DNA from: Tubulanus polymorphus
Lineage: Eukaryota > Animalia > Nemertea
Reading direction: 5' to 3'
Length of the DNA stretch: 64,000 nucleotides
NCBI RefSeq assembly: GCF_964204645.1
Contig: NC_134031.1
Coordinates: 4,650,001-4,714,000, forward strand
In this document: piece by piece, positions 1 through 15,800 of the stretch
How the letters are laid out: the number at the start of each line of letters is the position of its first letter
Position numbering within the stretch: position 1 is the stretch's first letter
Translations under genes and position numbers: made by a program
Notes under the pieces: generated by a model
Told to the model about the DNA's origin: nothing
The model's database searches: none
Seen by the model: the letters and a program-made list of their open reading frames with translations, nothing else

Positions 1-3000
1 TTAGGATTATAGACGGCCGTTTTCTGTCGCGGTTTTCACCTGAATTTTGCGTAATTAGATTTTTCGAAAAATTAGAACGAGTGGATGCGATGAGTCGGAT
101 AAGGTTATCGGGAGAAATGATAAATTCCTAGAAACGACGGAGAATCGACGCGTGACCGAGAAGCTCGTCTTGGAAATAGAAACGGCGTCAGAAAAGCGTG
201 CGTTGACTGGCTGCTCCATCTAACATCATTACAGCCAATAGAATGGCGAATGAGATGGGTAGAAAAATGGATAGATGGCAGATCGGATTCCGAAATTGCT
301 AGAACTGAGGCGAACCTTGGACTCTCAAAAAAGCTATATCCGATACTCTGGAGTTCAGAGATCTGCTTTACAATATAATGCTTTAAATCGCATTCTAAAG
401 TGTAGTCCTGACAGTGAAGGTGCACCTGCCTGGCCTTAACCATATATTAGTGACGGAACTTTTAGGTGAAAGTCGAGTCTTTCAGAGAAAAGAACCCCTG
501 ATTCGCCATCTCTAGCGTACCGATCAAACGTTTATGATACTTACATCAGTACAATCCAAAATTCAATGTCACAATATTGATCAAATGAGTACCGGGTTTT
601 TATGCGGCGATTTTAATCCTCCCATTTACACCAGTTTTAAACTGTCAACCGAACGGCAAGAGCATATCGGAATAGAAATGTGTAAATTATGGAAATTACG
701 ACGTTAAATGTAATCATTTAATGCACATGTACATTTCTGAACCCTGTCGGTTATAATACGGTGATAAGATTCGTGTTTACGGCTGGTTTTTAAGATAAAC
801 GCAATCGATGCAGATTCTGAGAACCGTGCAGGTGATCGTGACAATAAGCTATGTCATAAATACAACAGGGGGAGACATTTTACCTGTTACCGCAATATAG
901 GTATAGTTCCTTCCTATGTATACAGGTTGATTAGTGGCCTAAACAGTAACATATAACTGCAAAACCAGGATGTATAATTTCAATGCATGATTTCTACTCA
1001 CAAAAAAAAAATACAAAAAAAACAGGTCTGGGGCATATGTATGGTTATGACGTTATGGCCGTTTTTATATCCGCAGTCAGTATAGACGGCAATAAATAAA
1101 TTCATAGAATAACACTTTCATGACGGTGTCAACAACGAATTCTTTTCTGCTAAAATGATAGCAATTCATGACTAGATTCTTGTTATTTTCGGTGTCAGTC
1201 AACCTGTCAACGCTCGCTTTAACGCTAATTTCACGAAAGTCGCCACCGGAAAGAGCTGAACGCTTAACGATTATCAATCCATCAATTCATAAACGTAGTT
1301 ATTTCGTTCGAGAATCGTTTTTGATATCATCGTGTCACGGAAAAGGAGGTTGAAATATAGAGATGGAAGTTACTTATGCAAGAGACCGCGATGACGAATT
1401 TGTGGATAAGTGGAATCGTTTTCATTATTGAGCCGTGGAAATTCTTCCCGTATTGATCTAAGCGTAAAACCGGCAAGTTTTTAGTAGCTACAAGAATAGA
1501 ATCTTCGACGGGCGATATTCTAATAATGAAAATTTGAAGGCACTCGGGCGTCATTGAGCACGTTAATATGCACGATGTAAATCTAAATTTTAAGGCAGTT
1601 AAGAAACACTTCCGTAGATCCCGTAATAAGTTCCGCTAGATCTGCATATTCATTTTTGCAATACATTGCCCCAAAAGCAGGGTTCATTTTCTCAAGGATG
1701 CTTCGTAATCAAGGTCATTCAAGGCCACCCAAAACTAAGATACGGGACCAATCCAAAAACTCGTTGCCAAAATCAAGGCCGACCCCTTGTGACAACCATG
1801 AACCAGCGACTAGTGGCGACGTTGAAATTCAATAAAACTCGTCCATCGCTGTTAAACGTCAACAAAATGTCATCAATTTAAACATGTCATCGGTGAAAAC
1901 GTCTGGCAAAGATCGGTAGACAAAATATCATTGGAAATTGATCAAAGTATCTATCAAAGTTCGCCAGAAATGCCACCGAAATAATTTTGAAGATACAAAA
2001 TAAAAATTCAATGCTTCTCCCTTGAATTGAATATCTTAATATAATAATTTTTCAGATTCAAGAATTTCAAGCACCGCAAAGATGTAAGTCGCTTTACATC
2101 TTTATTTTCCTGCTCGTTTACTACCGATTGGTCCCTCTGTTGCAACTGATACTTGATGGACATACCGCGGAATGAAGGGTCATCGGAGATCACATTGTAT
2201 CGCCGATAATTCTCATTTTCGACCATTTTTTCCGATGACAGTTTACCCGCCGAACGTCTAAAACCAATCTTCCAAAGTGGCAATCTGATCGACCCGCGGG
2301 TCAAACCGTTCGCGTTGGCTTTCAGACGAGAATTCGATTAAGTTGTCAAATAGTTGGACTTACACCAGCAGCAGAAAATATCTGCGATGAATTTAATCGA
2401 AGCGAACGACGTCAAAACTCGTTGCTTAAAAGAATGGACGCAAGATGTTTACGAAGATTCGATACATTGCAGCTATGGTATTTTGATAAATCGTTGAGAT
2501 TGCGCGCGCCGCCGTTTGCGATCATTAAAAGCATTCCAAAAATGCACCGAAATGCAACTTCGACGACGGTTTAAACCGAATTTTGAATTCCATCGTCGAA
2601 CAAACGAAGCCTCGAGGCGATTATAGCGATACGGATGTGGGAAAATGCGTTCAGTATACTTGTGAAGAATGTGCTAATGTCGCTTGCGCGCGCGACAAAA
2701 CGCCGACAACGTTTGATGTTGCATTTTCGCAAGAACTCTCTGAAAATAATGAAAGTCCATGATTTGCACTATTGCCATCTGAACCAGTTTCCGTCGGTGA
2801 CAATTCGACGCAATAAAAGCAAATCAAATTAAACAGCGCCGCGGGAAGTTGTTCCTTACGTTTACCTTCCCCACGCAGACGACAATTATAATATGTGTTT
2901 TCGGCGGAGAGACTGTTATCGTGTTGTCATCGTACGTGATTCAAATAAACAAACATATACTCGATATGAGAGATGAGAAACGAAGGTATTTTCCACACTG

Positions 3001-6000
3001 GCACAGATCGCCTCAGATATAGCTACTAATTTGTCTGAAGATATCTGTTCGTCTGAATAATGTTCAACGAGATGAAGCTATCCCGACTTAAGACCATATC
3101 GGCTAGAAGAAAGTGCATAAATCTAAATGGCAAATGAGGACTAAATGAACATAAACCAACACGAACAGACAGTTCGAATTCTGATTCCCAACACACGTAT
3201 CGTCTTCGATATATACAATACATTATCCAATAATGAAGAAAAGATTTCTCCGTATTTGTTGATGCTGTTGTTCCACAAGAAAAACCTAAACGAAAAATCT
3301 AAAGCGCTACGAAACAAAAAGCAAAAAAAAACTGCTGCGAAAGGTAAATTTCTATACCTGCTTCGCCCGAGAACCATCATCCGGGCATGAGGAATACACG
3401 ATCTCCATCTTTTGTTGATTCGTAAATTATTAGGCACAGCAGCGCGTTTAGACATTCCGTTATCCATTATACTCATTGTCTTGACACGTCTCATTTATAG
3501 CTTTAGCTTTATATCACAATCATCTGTTAAATCCTCGATCTATTCGACGCAATTTCAGTAATGAACTGCGCAATCGGAAGCTTAACATTTCATTCACACC
3601 TTTTCTATTCGCGCTTTTCACGACGCCTTCTCCCGATTTGAGATTGTTAATGTCACAGAAATTGAAGCCAGTCCGCCGCAGTGCTGAGGAGCAATAGTCG
3701 TCGTCACACCTCCAGCTGAATGACACTTTCACTCGAGTCAGCTTTGAAAACTAGGTATCCCGCGAGATAAACCGCGTAATGCCGCCGCGAAATTTCGTCT
3801 GCTCAATAACGATTTTAATCACCTGTTTATATAGTAAGAAACGTCAGCTATCGCGAAATACGTTTTAAGCCGCTATCGATCTACAGAAAATCGCGGCGAA
3901 CATTAACGTACGCGAATAAGAGTATGTAGCAAGGTGGAGTGGAATTAAAACTATAATACAGCTCCCGTCGCTGATGACGTGTTCGTACCGACCGAGTGGT
4001 GACTCTCTCTCTCTCTCCCGTTCGTTCGTGCTCCTGAGATATCGCTTTCGATTAGCGACTGAGCTTTACCGGATCATCGAATAGCGACTCAGTCTCCTGT
4101 CACATCCCGCAGACTATAGGCTCAAATAGAAACCGACTGGAATCTTAGTCATCAACAAGTGGCCGTGTATACATATACAGGATCGTATGCCGGCGTAGAG
4201 GCAGAAATACAACCGCGTTAGGTAAACTCTAATCTGGCGAGATGAGAGCTCATTACTAGAACCGAGATCCGTTGATAATCCGGTCGGAGGAAGCGAATTA
4301 AACCCCCGATTTCACCGGCGCATCTAAACAAATAAACAAGTCATTAACAGTTCAGAATGATAGTTCCTGCATAGGCTATAGGGAGTAACCCGAAAGGATT
4401 TTATGATGTTCAAGCGATTAAAAGATCTTCGACGTAATGAATGCAGAATAAGAGAACATCGATCTAGTAGTGAGGTGTTAGAAGCCCGTGGTACAGTGTA
4501 GAAGGCTGAATTGTAACAATAAGCAAAAATTCAAACACGCGTGTATCATTCTGCGCACGCGATCAAAGTGTTTCCCGGATGACAATTGGTCAATTTCCAG
4601 CACGGACTATGTGTGGTACGTGTACACAGCGTGAGACCAATCCCGCGAATATGACAATTCGATATAAGAGAAAAAAAACAACTTCAGCCGGCGGTGCATA
4701 TCGGCGAAGTCGGGAAGATACAACCGAATCAACGTCAACACGGGTCGACATGGAAGCAGAATGCTAAATAACCTATTCCAGATCGAAACGACGAGAACGC
4801 AAAATTGCAACGAGATAATATATGCCCGTTAAGAAACCGTGTCTTCGTGGTAAAACCCGCAAAAAATCATCGCAAAAATCTACTTCAGCGAATTACTTAT
4901 TTTCCATTGGGGAAAGCTGCGTACGTCTTCATACATGTATTGGTAGAGAATAATGGCCGTTCGAATGGCAATCACCAAATGGCCTAATAAAACACTTGGC
5001 TTATTGGTTACTCGTAGTGAAAGTCAGTTTTTTTAAAATGAAAATTTGAACTCGATTTTTTGGCTTCCAACTCCGAGAATTATCGAACGAGTCATTGGTT
5101 AGATATTAGATTCGCTTTCTCACTCGGTTTATGGTACGATTTTACTGATAAAAATTGATTTACTAATCAGAGAAGTTGATACGACTTTACTTCAAATGTG
5201 AAGGAAAGTGGAGCCCGGTAACCCAGTACCACTAGCGATCCTGGCGGATAATCGCTTGCCACTGTAGCGTTTCCGCTACCCCTTGCTCAACTTTCATACC
5301 GAACTCTCTCTCTCTCTCTTCTCCTTTCAGCTAATCTCAATTATAAATCACGTTATCTTTTCAGTCTTTTTTCTTGTGTGTGCGATCGTATCAATGATGT
5401 CATCGGTAACTCGGGTAAAATGCCGAAAAGAAACGAGCCGTGTATAAATCATTGATTATGTACAAGACGACTAACGCTACACAGAACATAATGGGCAAAA
5501 CGGAGATATCAATCATTAAAGGGAATAACATTAACTGATCTTTACTCGTGTCTAATTAGTCTAACGGACCACATCGATGCAGATCATTCAAACACTGAAC
5601 CGTATAGCGTTCCGAGTTGAGCGTCGAGATTGTGAAATACCACACAGAAATCTGGCTAAAACGACATCCAGGCTAACTTCTGCGAAGTGTATTTTGTCGG
5701 GGTATGCCCATACCTCTCATCGGGGCTAACTTGTTCATACATACCATTTTTGATGGCAGTAAATGAACCTTCAACACTAAATCTTACACGAAAAGCTGAA
5801 TAACATTTCTATTTCGCTTTGGCAAGAATTAGAGTGTTTAGTGTACATGCATACATGTTTATTTGATGATAATGAATGTTTCGTTAATCCCATATGGGAA
5901 TACAATTCTAGTCTGAAGTACGGTCTGAGAAGGATGTCATAACCGTAGAGCATTTAGAAATTCGAAAAAGAGCTTTTTCTTTTCCGGTTTCAGGGCAGCG

Positions 6001-6667
6001 TTCAGCGACACCGGACACAAATATCGTACATTGAACAACGATCTTAAGAAAATGACAAATATGAGCTTTATCGAAATAAATGAAAGGCACTATCAACATT
6101 CTTTAGTATCAGCGTCTCGCAGTGTGGGCAAGATATTACGCAAGAAGGGTGGCTTAGGACGAATTTTTTCAGCTCACCGATCAATAAATACGGCAATGTT
6201 AAAATGGCATCTAGAAACAAGGCAATTTCAATTTTAATCCGATCTTGAACAGCCATTATCCAGAAATTGGCCCCGGCCACGTCTTCGATTCAATAAAGTA
6301 TCGCGGAAAATTTACAATCGAATGGAGCATTCGTTTCGATGTATCGATTTTCTGTTTCCTCGAGTCATCGGTAAACAAGAATTCTAGCGAAAAATCATTT
6401 TCAATTTCCTCCTTGTTCAACGGCATTCAGTTCAAGATGAAGTTTCCCGTTCCTGTGAGAATAGCGCGCGTATCGAAAAAAAATCCCATTCAAGCCGAGG
6501 CATCATCGATATCATACCCGAGGACCTGGAATTGTCAATTCAGATTTCTTCGAAAGAACACGGACGGAAGTGCAACACCGCGTTAATCTTAGCCAGCCAC
6601 GAAGGCTTTCTACGCCGACTGTTTGGCTCAATCGATCCGCATGTTATAAATCAGTCTGCTCCAAACC

Positions 6668-7038
6668 ATCTCTTTCTCCCTCTCTCTATCTCTCTATCCT
6701 TCTCTCTCCCTCCCCTCCCTCCACTCCTCTCTCCTCAATCTCTCCCTCTCTCTCTCCCTCCCCTCTCTCTCCTCCCCTCTCTCTCCTCCCTCTCTCTCCC
6801 TCTCCCCCTCTCTCTATCCCTCTCCCTCTCTCTCCCCATCTTTCTCCCTCTCTATCTCCCCCTCTCTCTCTCCCCCTCTTTCTCCACCCCTCTCTCTCTC
6901 TCCCCCTCTCTCTCCCTCTCTCTCCTTTCCTTCTCTCCCTCCCCTCCCTCCTTCCCTCTCTCTCTCCCCTCTCGCTCCCTCTCTCCCTCTCCTCTCTCTC
7001 CCCTCCCTCTCTCACTCTCTCTCCCTTTATCTCTCTCC
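6668..7038. repeat. Low-complexity polypyrimidine/polypurine (CT/CCT)n tract, ~370 bp
   Basis: Almost pure C/T on + strand; explains the S/L/P- and E/R/G-rich ORFs at 6532-7202. Confidence 0.97.
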
Positions 7039-10000
7039 TGAGATTCCGTCGAGATCCGTGTCTCAGAGAAGATTCTAAGTCCAGAGACGACTGAAATTTG
7101 CCGTCGCTTAGTTTGAATAATTGAGCAGCTTCTGGAGAAACATTGACCTATATAGATATCTACCGAGGACACTGTGGCCTGTCTTCGACCACACTTAGGC
7201 ATTCAGACAACGTCATCCATCAATAATGTCTCCTCGAACCGTCCATGATAAAACTAAAGACTTCGCTATAAATACGTTATACAGCGTAATACATTTCGAA
7301 GCTAAAGCGGATTATAACGACAGTCTATATGAATTTTCAGTATAAAAAATACGGAGTCGACGAGCAATCTAAAATACATTAATAATCAGGTGTCATCTAC
7401 AAGGCTATCTCGATAATTTATAGCTGTTAATGGCTGGCCAGAACGACTGTGAAGATCTTAAAGTAGTAGCAGCCGATATCACCGAACACACTACTACTAA
7501 CCGGCCTAATGGATTATTCCAAAAACACTGCCACCACAACGCGAGTGAAACATAACAGGCTGTCGTGTTCGTTTTACAAAGTGCGCGAACCTATACACAT
7601 TTCCCTTCCAGTGGAAAAATGAAAACAAATTGCATTTCGCCATTCGGCAATTGGCGTGAATGGCAGTTAGTGGCGACTGTTGACTATTGCTCGGGTAGAA
7701 ACGTGCTGCGTACGGATCCTGAACAAGTTAATTACGTATCGTATTTCTCGTAACTCGGGGACGCAGTGTTTATATGCGAGCGCGCGTTTGCGTCCAATAA
7801 AACACCGATTCATCAATGTATCGACTGCGATTTCATGGTTTGCGAGGATGCAACACTTCAGAAAGTCTCTCGAGGATGAAAATCGCGTAATGTATCACTG
7901 ATTCCTCATAAATATGGAAATCTGTAAGCATTTCTGCGCGCTGACTTCTGAGAACGGCCGCGTTGCTTTCAGCGTCGTTGGTATACCAGCCCACAAAGGG
8001 GTGATTTTTAACCCCAAATCTTGATGAAGCGCAATCGCGATCGATCATATTATAACTGAAATCATGACACCTCGCAAATAACATATTTTCGTGGAAAATC
8101 TCTAATAATATACATAGAACACGACGCAAAGTCAGTAATATACACTTAAACAGTAACTGTTTAAATACTCAAGCAGCAGTTGGGGCCTGAAGTTTCAGAT
8201 TTGCAATATAGTTTATGATGGAATATTCATCACTATCGTATCCCGCGAGGAAACACGAAACCGAAAAGCCCATTACTTCACGAGAAGCCGCATTACCGTG
8301 CTCTCCATTATTGTGAAATTTTAAGACCCTTTTTGAAGCAGTCTCTCGTGTAGAAGAAAATAATCCAACGCCATCCGTACGTCGTATACGCCTAACACGC
8401 GGGTCGCCTGAGCAAAAGGTCGCTTTCAATGAAGCTTAAATGAGAATTTAACCTGGACGATTGTTTACAAAAAGAATAACTTCCATTAAAGAAATATATA
8501 CGAAAGTCAACGCAAATTGGACTTCGAAAATCTAACCCACAACGATGCGAGTACGTTCTTATAGCGCGAGACAATGTCGCAATCAAAGAACAAACTGAAA
8601 AATGGCTAAGCCAACGTGTTGAAATATCTACAATGAACGAACACGCATTAGACAAAAAAACAGAAGCCAAAAAAATTGGGAAAGAATGCCGTCATGTGAA
8701 TCATGTCATCCAATGCCATAAGGTTCAGAAGCAAAATATGTCTTTGTTATATCCCGGTGATAATGAATTTTATTTTGTCGCTAAGCAACAACGCTGAATT
8801 CCAAAAGCCCATTACAGGTACATTCTCCGAGGGATAGACAAGGCCCCCGTGGGAAAAGTGCGCAAAGAAGTGTATATCTATACCGAAGTGCGCACACACA
8901 AATTTTACACCTTTCACTGATAATAGCGTTATCAGAAAAAAACATAGTAAGAATTGTATCCACTTTTACTATCATATTTCTTCAGAAAATATGTATACAA
9001 TATATATAATAATAATCTTATCATAGCTTGACTTTAGATAAGATGCGGGGGAAATTCTCCTCGTAGCAAACGGAATGAGATCTGCGCAAAAACACTGCCT
9101 GAATATATACATGAACGCCATCGATTTGCCGCAGACGAACAAGGGGCCATCCGCGTGACCACATTGACACTAACTGTACGCCAGTCGTCGTCGGTTCTGA
9201 TCATGTATCAGCGTCTTGTCTAGATTTCGAACGCGGCGGCAGGAAATTTTCAGAGCCAGTTCGACTGTAAAAAAATCAATGTTTGTTGATGCATTACAGG
9301 ATCACGATGTTTGTCACTTCGGATTAAATATTTAAAGTCGTCCCGAGAGCGCAAATATAGCCGCCCGCCGTAATACCAAATAATCAGCAGCGAGATGTAC
9401 AACCTCTCAGACGAAAGGTCGGAGATTTTTCCTCTGATTCGCCACCGGTTGTTTCCAAGTGCGCTGACGACTGGAAATGTCTGAGTGCCTGAAAATGCAC
9501 GGCACGGGTTTTTGGCAGATGCAATTTCTTGTAATTGGTGAATGCCTCGCTAAACGCATTGCCATCACAAGCGAGAAAGATCCGGCGACCCCCATTAGCA
9601 AGCGTCTACGACAACGTTTTCGCTTATATATGGTCATCAATTCTGCTCCGTAACCTTGGACTTGCGCTAGGCATAATCGCGCGCAGATCTCCTGAGTGAT
9701 TGCTAGAACAAACTTTATCATCGGTCATAGTAGATGATCGTTTTTACGGCAGAGTAAAGATATAAACCCCGGCGTACGGTACGCCGTACGTACAGTCCCC
9801 GTTAAGAGAATGACGAATCACGATATTACGATGGCCGAATAAGATATGCGACCTTGGCCCGATGGAAAAAGAATGTTGTCATGGCTCCATATGATATTGA
9901 CCATTTAATCTTAAAAGCATCGTTAATCGTGCATTCTGTTGAAAGATGGTACAGTTTCAGCTAGATTATGAGACAAATGAAAGCAACTAGGAAAAAGCCA

Positions 10001-12804
10001 TTCATTTGAAAACGTCTGCTAATATAAGATTCTCAAGATACAAACTTCGTCAGTATAAGCGTCGCTACCGACGTACGGGAAATTAACATATGGCGTTGCG
10101 AGAAAAATCCATGCTTAAATACTCAATACGGTGTCAGACGATCTCGTTTAGACCGACATGAATTTGTTCAACGTACTTGATTGGAAAATGATAAAAACGA
10201 CGCCTCGCCAAAAATGTGAAGTAGAGCTCTCGAATAAAGCGCGGCAATATGAGCGATGAGTGAATGGCGCGTGTGATTTTAGACTGGTATTAATAAAGCC
10301 TGTTTTGAAACATTTATCGATCTTGAAATAGGGATGGTTTCCCGTCTTACGCGTTTGATTGGTAGATAGATTTGATTGATTGGTTTGTTTTGATTGCTAC
10401 ATATTTGGCGTGTCACTAGTACAACCACACCTGCCGGCAACAAACGATGTCTTGACTATAACGTTCGAATCATTGAAATATGGCCAGAACTCTCAGTACT
10501 GTCCCGATTCGTGCAGTAATCCCGGAACGAGCTCATAGATGTAATATGTAAGTCTCGATTGCGCAACTCGGTCTAGGAGTCTCTAGTCGCAGACAAATTA
10601 ATTAAGCAAAATGTCCTCATCGATAAAAAGAAATACTTCTACGGTTTTTGACTCGTCCAATCAAAAGAACGACGGACGTAAGATTTCCACTGCTCATCTC
10701 AGCTATACCGAGTATGAGACAACTGCCATTGGCATTCCATATTTCGATTTCAATTCCCAATTGCCTTAGTTTAAATGTGGTGCAGTAAAGCCCACTCCTT
10801 GGTCACTAATGACCATTCCTTGGTCGACTTTTTACACTGACATATTTCTTTTCAGACTGAAAACAGAAGCCATCGTTTTACATAGGCTGACAAGTAAAAA
10901 ATGTTTCAGTCTAGAGTCCCCAATCTAAAAACATCATAAATCCAGACAAAATTTCGGTCGACATAATTATCGGTGATAATGACTTTTCTGTACTATCGGT
11001 CGAATTTCAAGTGATATTCATTTTTCATCTAGTTATTCCAATCGGTACATGAAATGTGGCAAAATATCATCCAAGATTCCTGCATCGATATTTTCTGTCG
11101 AAATTAAACTCATACATAGCAAACTGCTGGCGAAGTCTCTCGATAAAAACGAACCCTTTCGCCGTTTAACGACGCTCAAGTTTTGACAGAAAGACAAGCG
11201 AACACAAAGCACAAATGGAAGGAATTGATAACTATTTACCTACGCTTCCTGAACACGACGCAGTTATAAGCGCAACACCTTTTTACGTTCATCATCATGA
11301 TTGCGCTAATCCGAATAACAGTGTCCGTTAAAATGTATATAGCGTCCTTTGGAGAGGGCAAACTGGCGGTTGATGTTGCTTGGAAGTTGGCATTTCATCG
11401 ATGATCTCAGCGCATTGACGGCGTAGCGATATAAAGTGTCAATAAATCCCTGTCATACATAATGCATACAATTCACTCGTCTGTCATACGACTGCCTCCA
11501 ATCATTAGGCCGTTTATCTTTTTTTCTGCCTCTAATCAAACTTCCACTTATTCCTAAATGAGTATTTCTCCGATATCTTTATTAATACATTCAGTGGATA
11601 TGAGGGATATGATATCAGCGCGCACCGTACGACGTTGTCAATATGGATCAGCCATTTTAGGTAAATCGCTATACCGACACTGTACTTATTCTCTCCGTTA
11701 CGAATCGAACTACTCGCCGCTGATTGTATAGCTAGTTAATTTTCTAGCATCCACTTCAATCAGCGCACGACCTGAATTGTTTTAAGTCTAATTCCATGGT
11801 CGAGTTAACATTTTAGTTAGGTAATAAGAAATCAATTGATATCAACTCCTGAAGCAGCAGAAGACAACACTCTGGAATTCGACATTTTGACTCACGCCCT
11901 GATTTCCGAATTTTTCCATAATCGCCAACTCATCCAACTACAATACCACAAAATGAACGTGGCACGCATAGTGTTCATGGGAAAATTCTTTCATTGTACG
12001 TATATATATATATATATATGCACTTTTTTCTATATTTCTCATCAGTTATCAGTGAACTGTATATAAAGCTTTTTTAGGGGCAGTTCTATTTCGAGAAAAA
12101 GGACACTTTTTAATAATCTTGAAAAGGGGCCCTTTCCTTACTTTTCATTTTCCAAAAAAAAAAACATGAAAATGATCATTGTATTCTCATTTCGAAAAAC
12201 CTGTACGTGGATTTTTGACAACGATTTTTTGAAGGGCACTTCCAATATTTTGGGTTTTTTTCACTACCCTAGACGCCCCCCCCCCTTGGAGCGGGCCTGA
12301 AATTCACTAATAACAACATGAAAACCAGATAGCTCACTATACAACAGTCCATCATTTTCAGGGCCATGGTTTCGCTCGTATCTATAATCTAAATGCGTAA
12401 CCTAAATCACACGATTGAAATCGTAGATTGTATCTACATGCTGATCGGTGTATACGCCACTCTCAAACCAACATCAATTAGACAATTTCATATCGCGTTT
12501 CATCTTTTCGCTACAAATCTCCTTAGCCCGCAGAAAAAAGCTCAATACGCTGACAAATATAGCGTAAGTAGTCACCGTGAGCTCCGGTCGGGTATTGAAT
12601 TTCATCGGCGTGTACAAAACATTCATACGTGAAAAATGAAACGAGTTCTGACATTTTGTGGATATCGTGTACGAAAGGAAAAGGTGCATCGGTGTAAGAA
12701 GCTTATAGTCAATTTTCCAGTTGTAGGATTTTCATGTTCAGAGTCCGTTCTTATGATCTCTAAGGACTTTCCGACTTGCGATCGCGATTTGAGACATCGT
12801 CCAT

Positions 12805-12839
12805 CCTTGGAGTAATCATTTGAAATGATTACTCCAAGG
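12805..12839. repeat. Perfect 35-bp palindrome (17-bp arms)
   Basis: CCTTGGAGTAATCATTT-G-AAATGATTACTCCAAGG. Confidence 0.95.
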
Positions 12840-15800
12840 TTCATCTATCGTGAAACGATTTTCATTCAGCAACACCGGCAAAACAAATAGTGACCTTGAC
12901 CTTGATGCCAATGGCGCACTGATAAATGCATTCGAAAAAGTCTTTCATTCATTTTTGAATTTTCTATTTTTCGATCCGACATATTTCCGACCATATTTTA
13001 CTCGAATTTCCAGAAATATGAATTCCATGCAGCCGCAGGTGTTCGGCAGTATTTCATTCGGAGATTTTTAATTTCATTCAGTTGACAGGCCGTGATCGAC
13101 GGGTCTTTCATAAAGAGCGAGACAAGTCGCATTGATAAAACGACCGTCCGTCTATCCATCAATGATATTGCTATACATGACGTGTAAAACACGAGCGCTG
13201 GGACTGTCAACAAAAGAAAAGGCCAAAGAAAGTGAACTATATGCACGAATGGCTACAGGGCAGTCGGAATGAATTGGGGCCAGAGATGAGAGAACGCCAG
13301 CATCGTGCAGATCAGACTACCTGACAATCAATAACTGTTTTCGCCAGAAATGAGAGTAATTTGAAATCAAAATAAGTAGTTTGATTGAAAATGAACTAGA
13401 AATAATTCTCTGATTTTGAGAGTATTTGATATTTTTGGGAGTTTAGTAGAAACTACTCTCTAGTACATAGTCGTGTAGTCAGGTCTGCATCATGATTCAA
13501 ATAAATATTTTCAGTGCTAAATCTTGGCTCTAATATTAAGTTCTAAAGCTTGCAACAGACGAGGCGAATTTCTTCGGCGAATCATTCAGCCGGGATTGAA
13601 TTTGGGAGACCAAATTATGAGAAAACACGCTTAGGCGAATTCGGTACGAATACTGATACACCGATCAGTATCTTTTTCGCCGAATTTATTCGGTGTTGGT
13701 GAAATCAGCAGTCAGCATTCTTTCGCCTAGTTTATTCGGTGTAGGCGACACACTGGGTGGAATCAACGATCGCCGGTTAAAAAATTCGGCAGTAATATCG
13801 CAGCGTGTTTGATTCGTGCGAGTCGATTTGCTGATTAGAAAATTCGCATCACGTCTCAAAATTCGCCGAGTGATTTCGCCAACGAAATTCGCCCAGTCTA
13901 TCACTAGCTCCAGACAGACGATGTTATATCTGGTGTAGCACTTGTTGATTCGAGAGAGCTGGCGCAGAACGACCGATCCGTAGCACCATCTATCCAGAAT
14001 CGATAACACTTCAGAAAAACTCTTCAGGATGTTTCCGCATCCGAAATTGATTTCGTAACATTTCACCGTAAATTTGGTTATCTTGATATTGTAAAATATT
14101 CCTACCTGTATGACTTAAGCTTGAGCGGGGCATCGCATCTAAAAATAGAAGAAAAATCAGATCAGCTGATAAGGTGTTTTAATTATTGTTGAGTCTGGAA
14201 CAAAAGATTATACAGCTGGAAAGCAAACTTCAGGAAAATCGAAATAAAACCCGGTTTTTTCAGAATAATTTCAACTTAGTTAGTAGAGCTTTTAGTTAAT
14301 GCGGTAAACAAAAGCTTTAAGTTAAACCCGACAACTGATACGAAATTAACTAACTATACCTTCGCTTTGGTTGAATCATTACATGAACTTTTTCAGTTTC
14401 AGTAAATGTTTTAACTAATACTCGTCCACGCGTACTGCATACAATGTCCTAAAACCTCGCTGGCTCGCTAAACGATAACCTCTTTACCCAAAATCGAATC
14501 AAGCGTAATACGCGTACATTCTGTACTAATAGCCGCTAATATCAACTTAGGGAAAATTAGGCAACGAAATCAAGAGCTGTTACGAAAACAGGTCGCGTTG
14601 GGTTAACTACCTTATGCGGTAACAATTTCATATATACGTCCAAACGATTAATAAATCCTTAAATGTGCTAATTACGGCTTCAACATACAGCAGGCTATAT
14701 CCACCGTTGAACTGGCAGAGATTTGTCGTTGTGCAATTATCGAAGAACAGTCCAAAGTCCGCGAGCCGCTTATAGATATCGCGTTAGAGTTTCAGATAGA
14801 AAAACCCCAAACCGATTGAGAATTCGAGATACGAGGTCGACTATAGAATGACGTCCAATCCTAGTAATAAAGATCAACCGCGGTATTTCAACTGATTTTT
14901 ATTTCAAAGCCCGTAATTAAATTCGCCGTGAGTAGATTAGGACCTTGGAGTACATATGTAGTATGGAAGCTATTGTATATATAATATTGTGGTAACCGTT
15001 ACTGGCCTTAATTAATAAATAAAAGCCCGACTCATTGAATGATCACGGCTATAATTACAAATATCCACAGGGCTCGCGCTGTTCCGACTATCATAGTTTA
15101 CTATACACCGTTAATAAAATGCCTCTGATCCCACCGCGCTGATCGGATCATATTTTTCGTAATACGTCATCGTATCAAAACGCTACGCATTACTGATTTA
15201 GAGAAAGTTCCAAAATAAACTCGAAGCGAAACGACCGGTTAAATCATGCTTTAATCGTTGCGTCAGTATATCGGTAACTTGAGGATTAAACAATTTGTAT
15301 ATGAAGTGATGTCTCCAAAAAGATTAGTCAATGATCACTTTTAAATAGACTTACGCCGATAAAGAAATTAGTTTGTCTGCGATAAAGGATTTTCGCGCTT
15401 TCAACATGTTTGGATTAACCTTCGTAATCCATATTCGATATGCTAAACAGACGCAGCTTCGTCGATCGAATTAGAAATCTACAAACCTGGCTCTGGCAAA
15501 CAGCAACAGCTTGAAACAGCCGTACATGCTGGAAATTTCAGGTCGAAACAAATCCTATAAAATCCTAGAGATAGAGTGAGAGCTCATACGAAAAGTCGCA
15601 TGTTTCATGCGCAAAATCCGAGTGAACTGGCAGAAAACATTCATTCAAAAATAGCCACACCTTCGGTGGTCGACAAGGCGCTATACGAATGTCGCATGTC
15701 CTTTTAATCTTTTTTTGAATATTTTTGCCACGGGTGGCAAAGACGAATGCTGAATGAAATGCGTACATTCGAATGGCCAGCGTGTGCGCCAAACGGGACA

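Noticed and set aside
6532-7202. Four overlapping ORFs of 109-174 aa
   Set aside because: Artefacts of the stop-free CT microsatellite.
13686-14066. 126-aa minus-strand ORF
   Set aside because: GTG start, no recognisable domain, no convincing splice boundaries.
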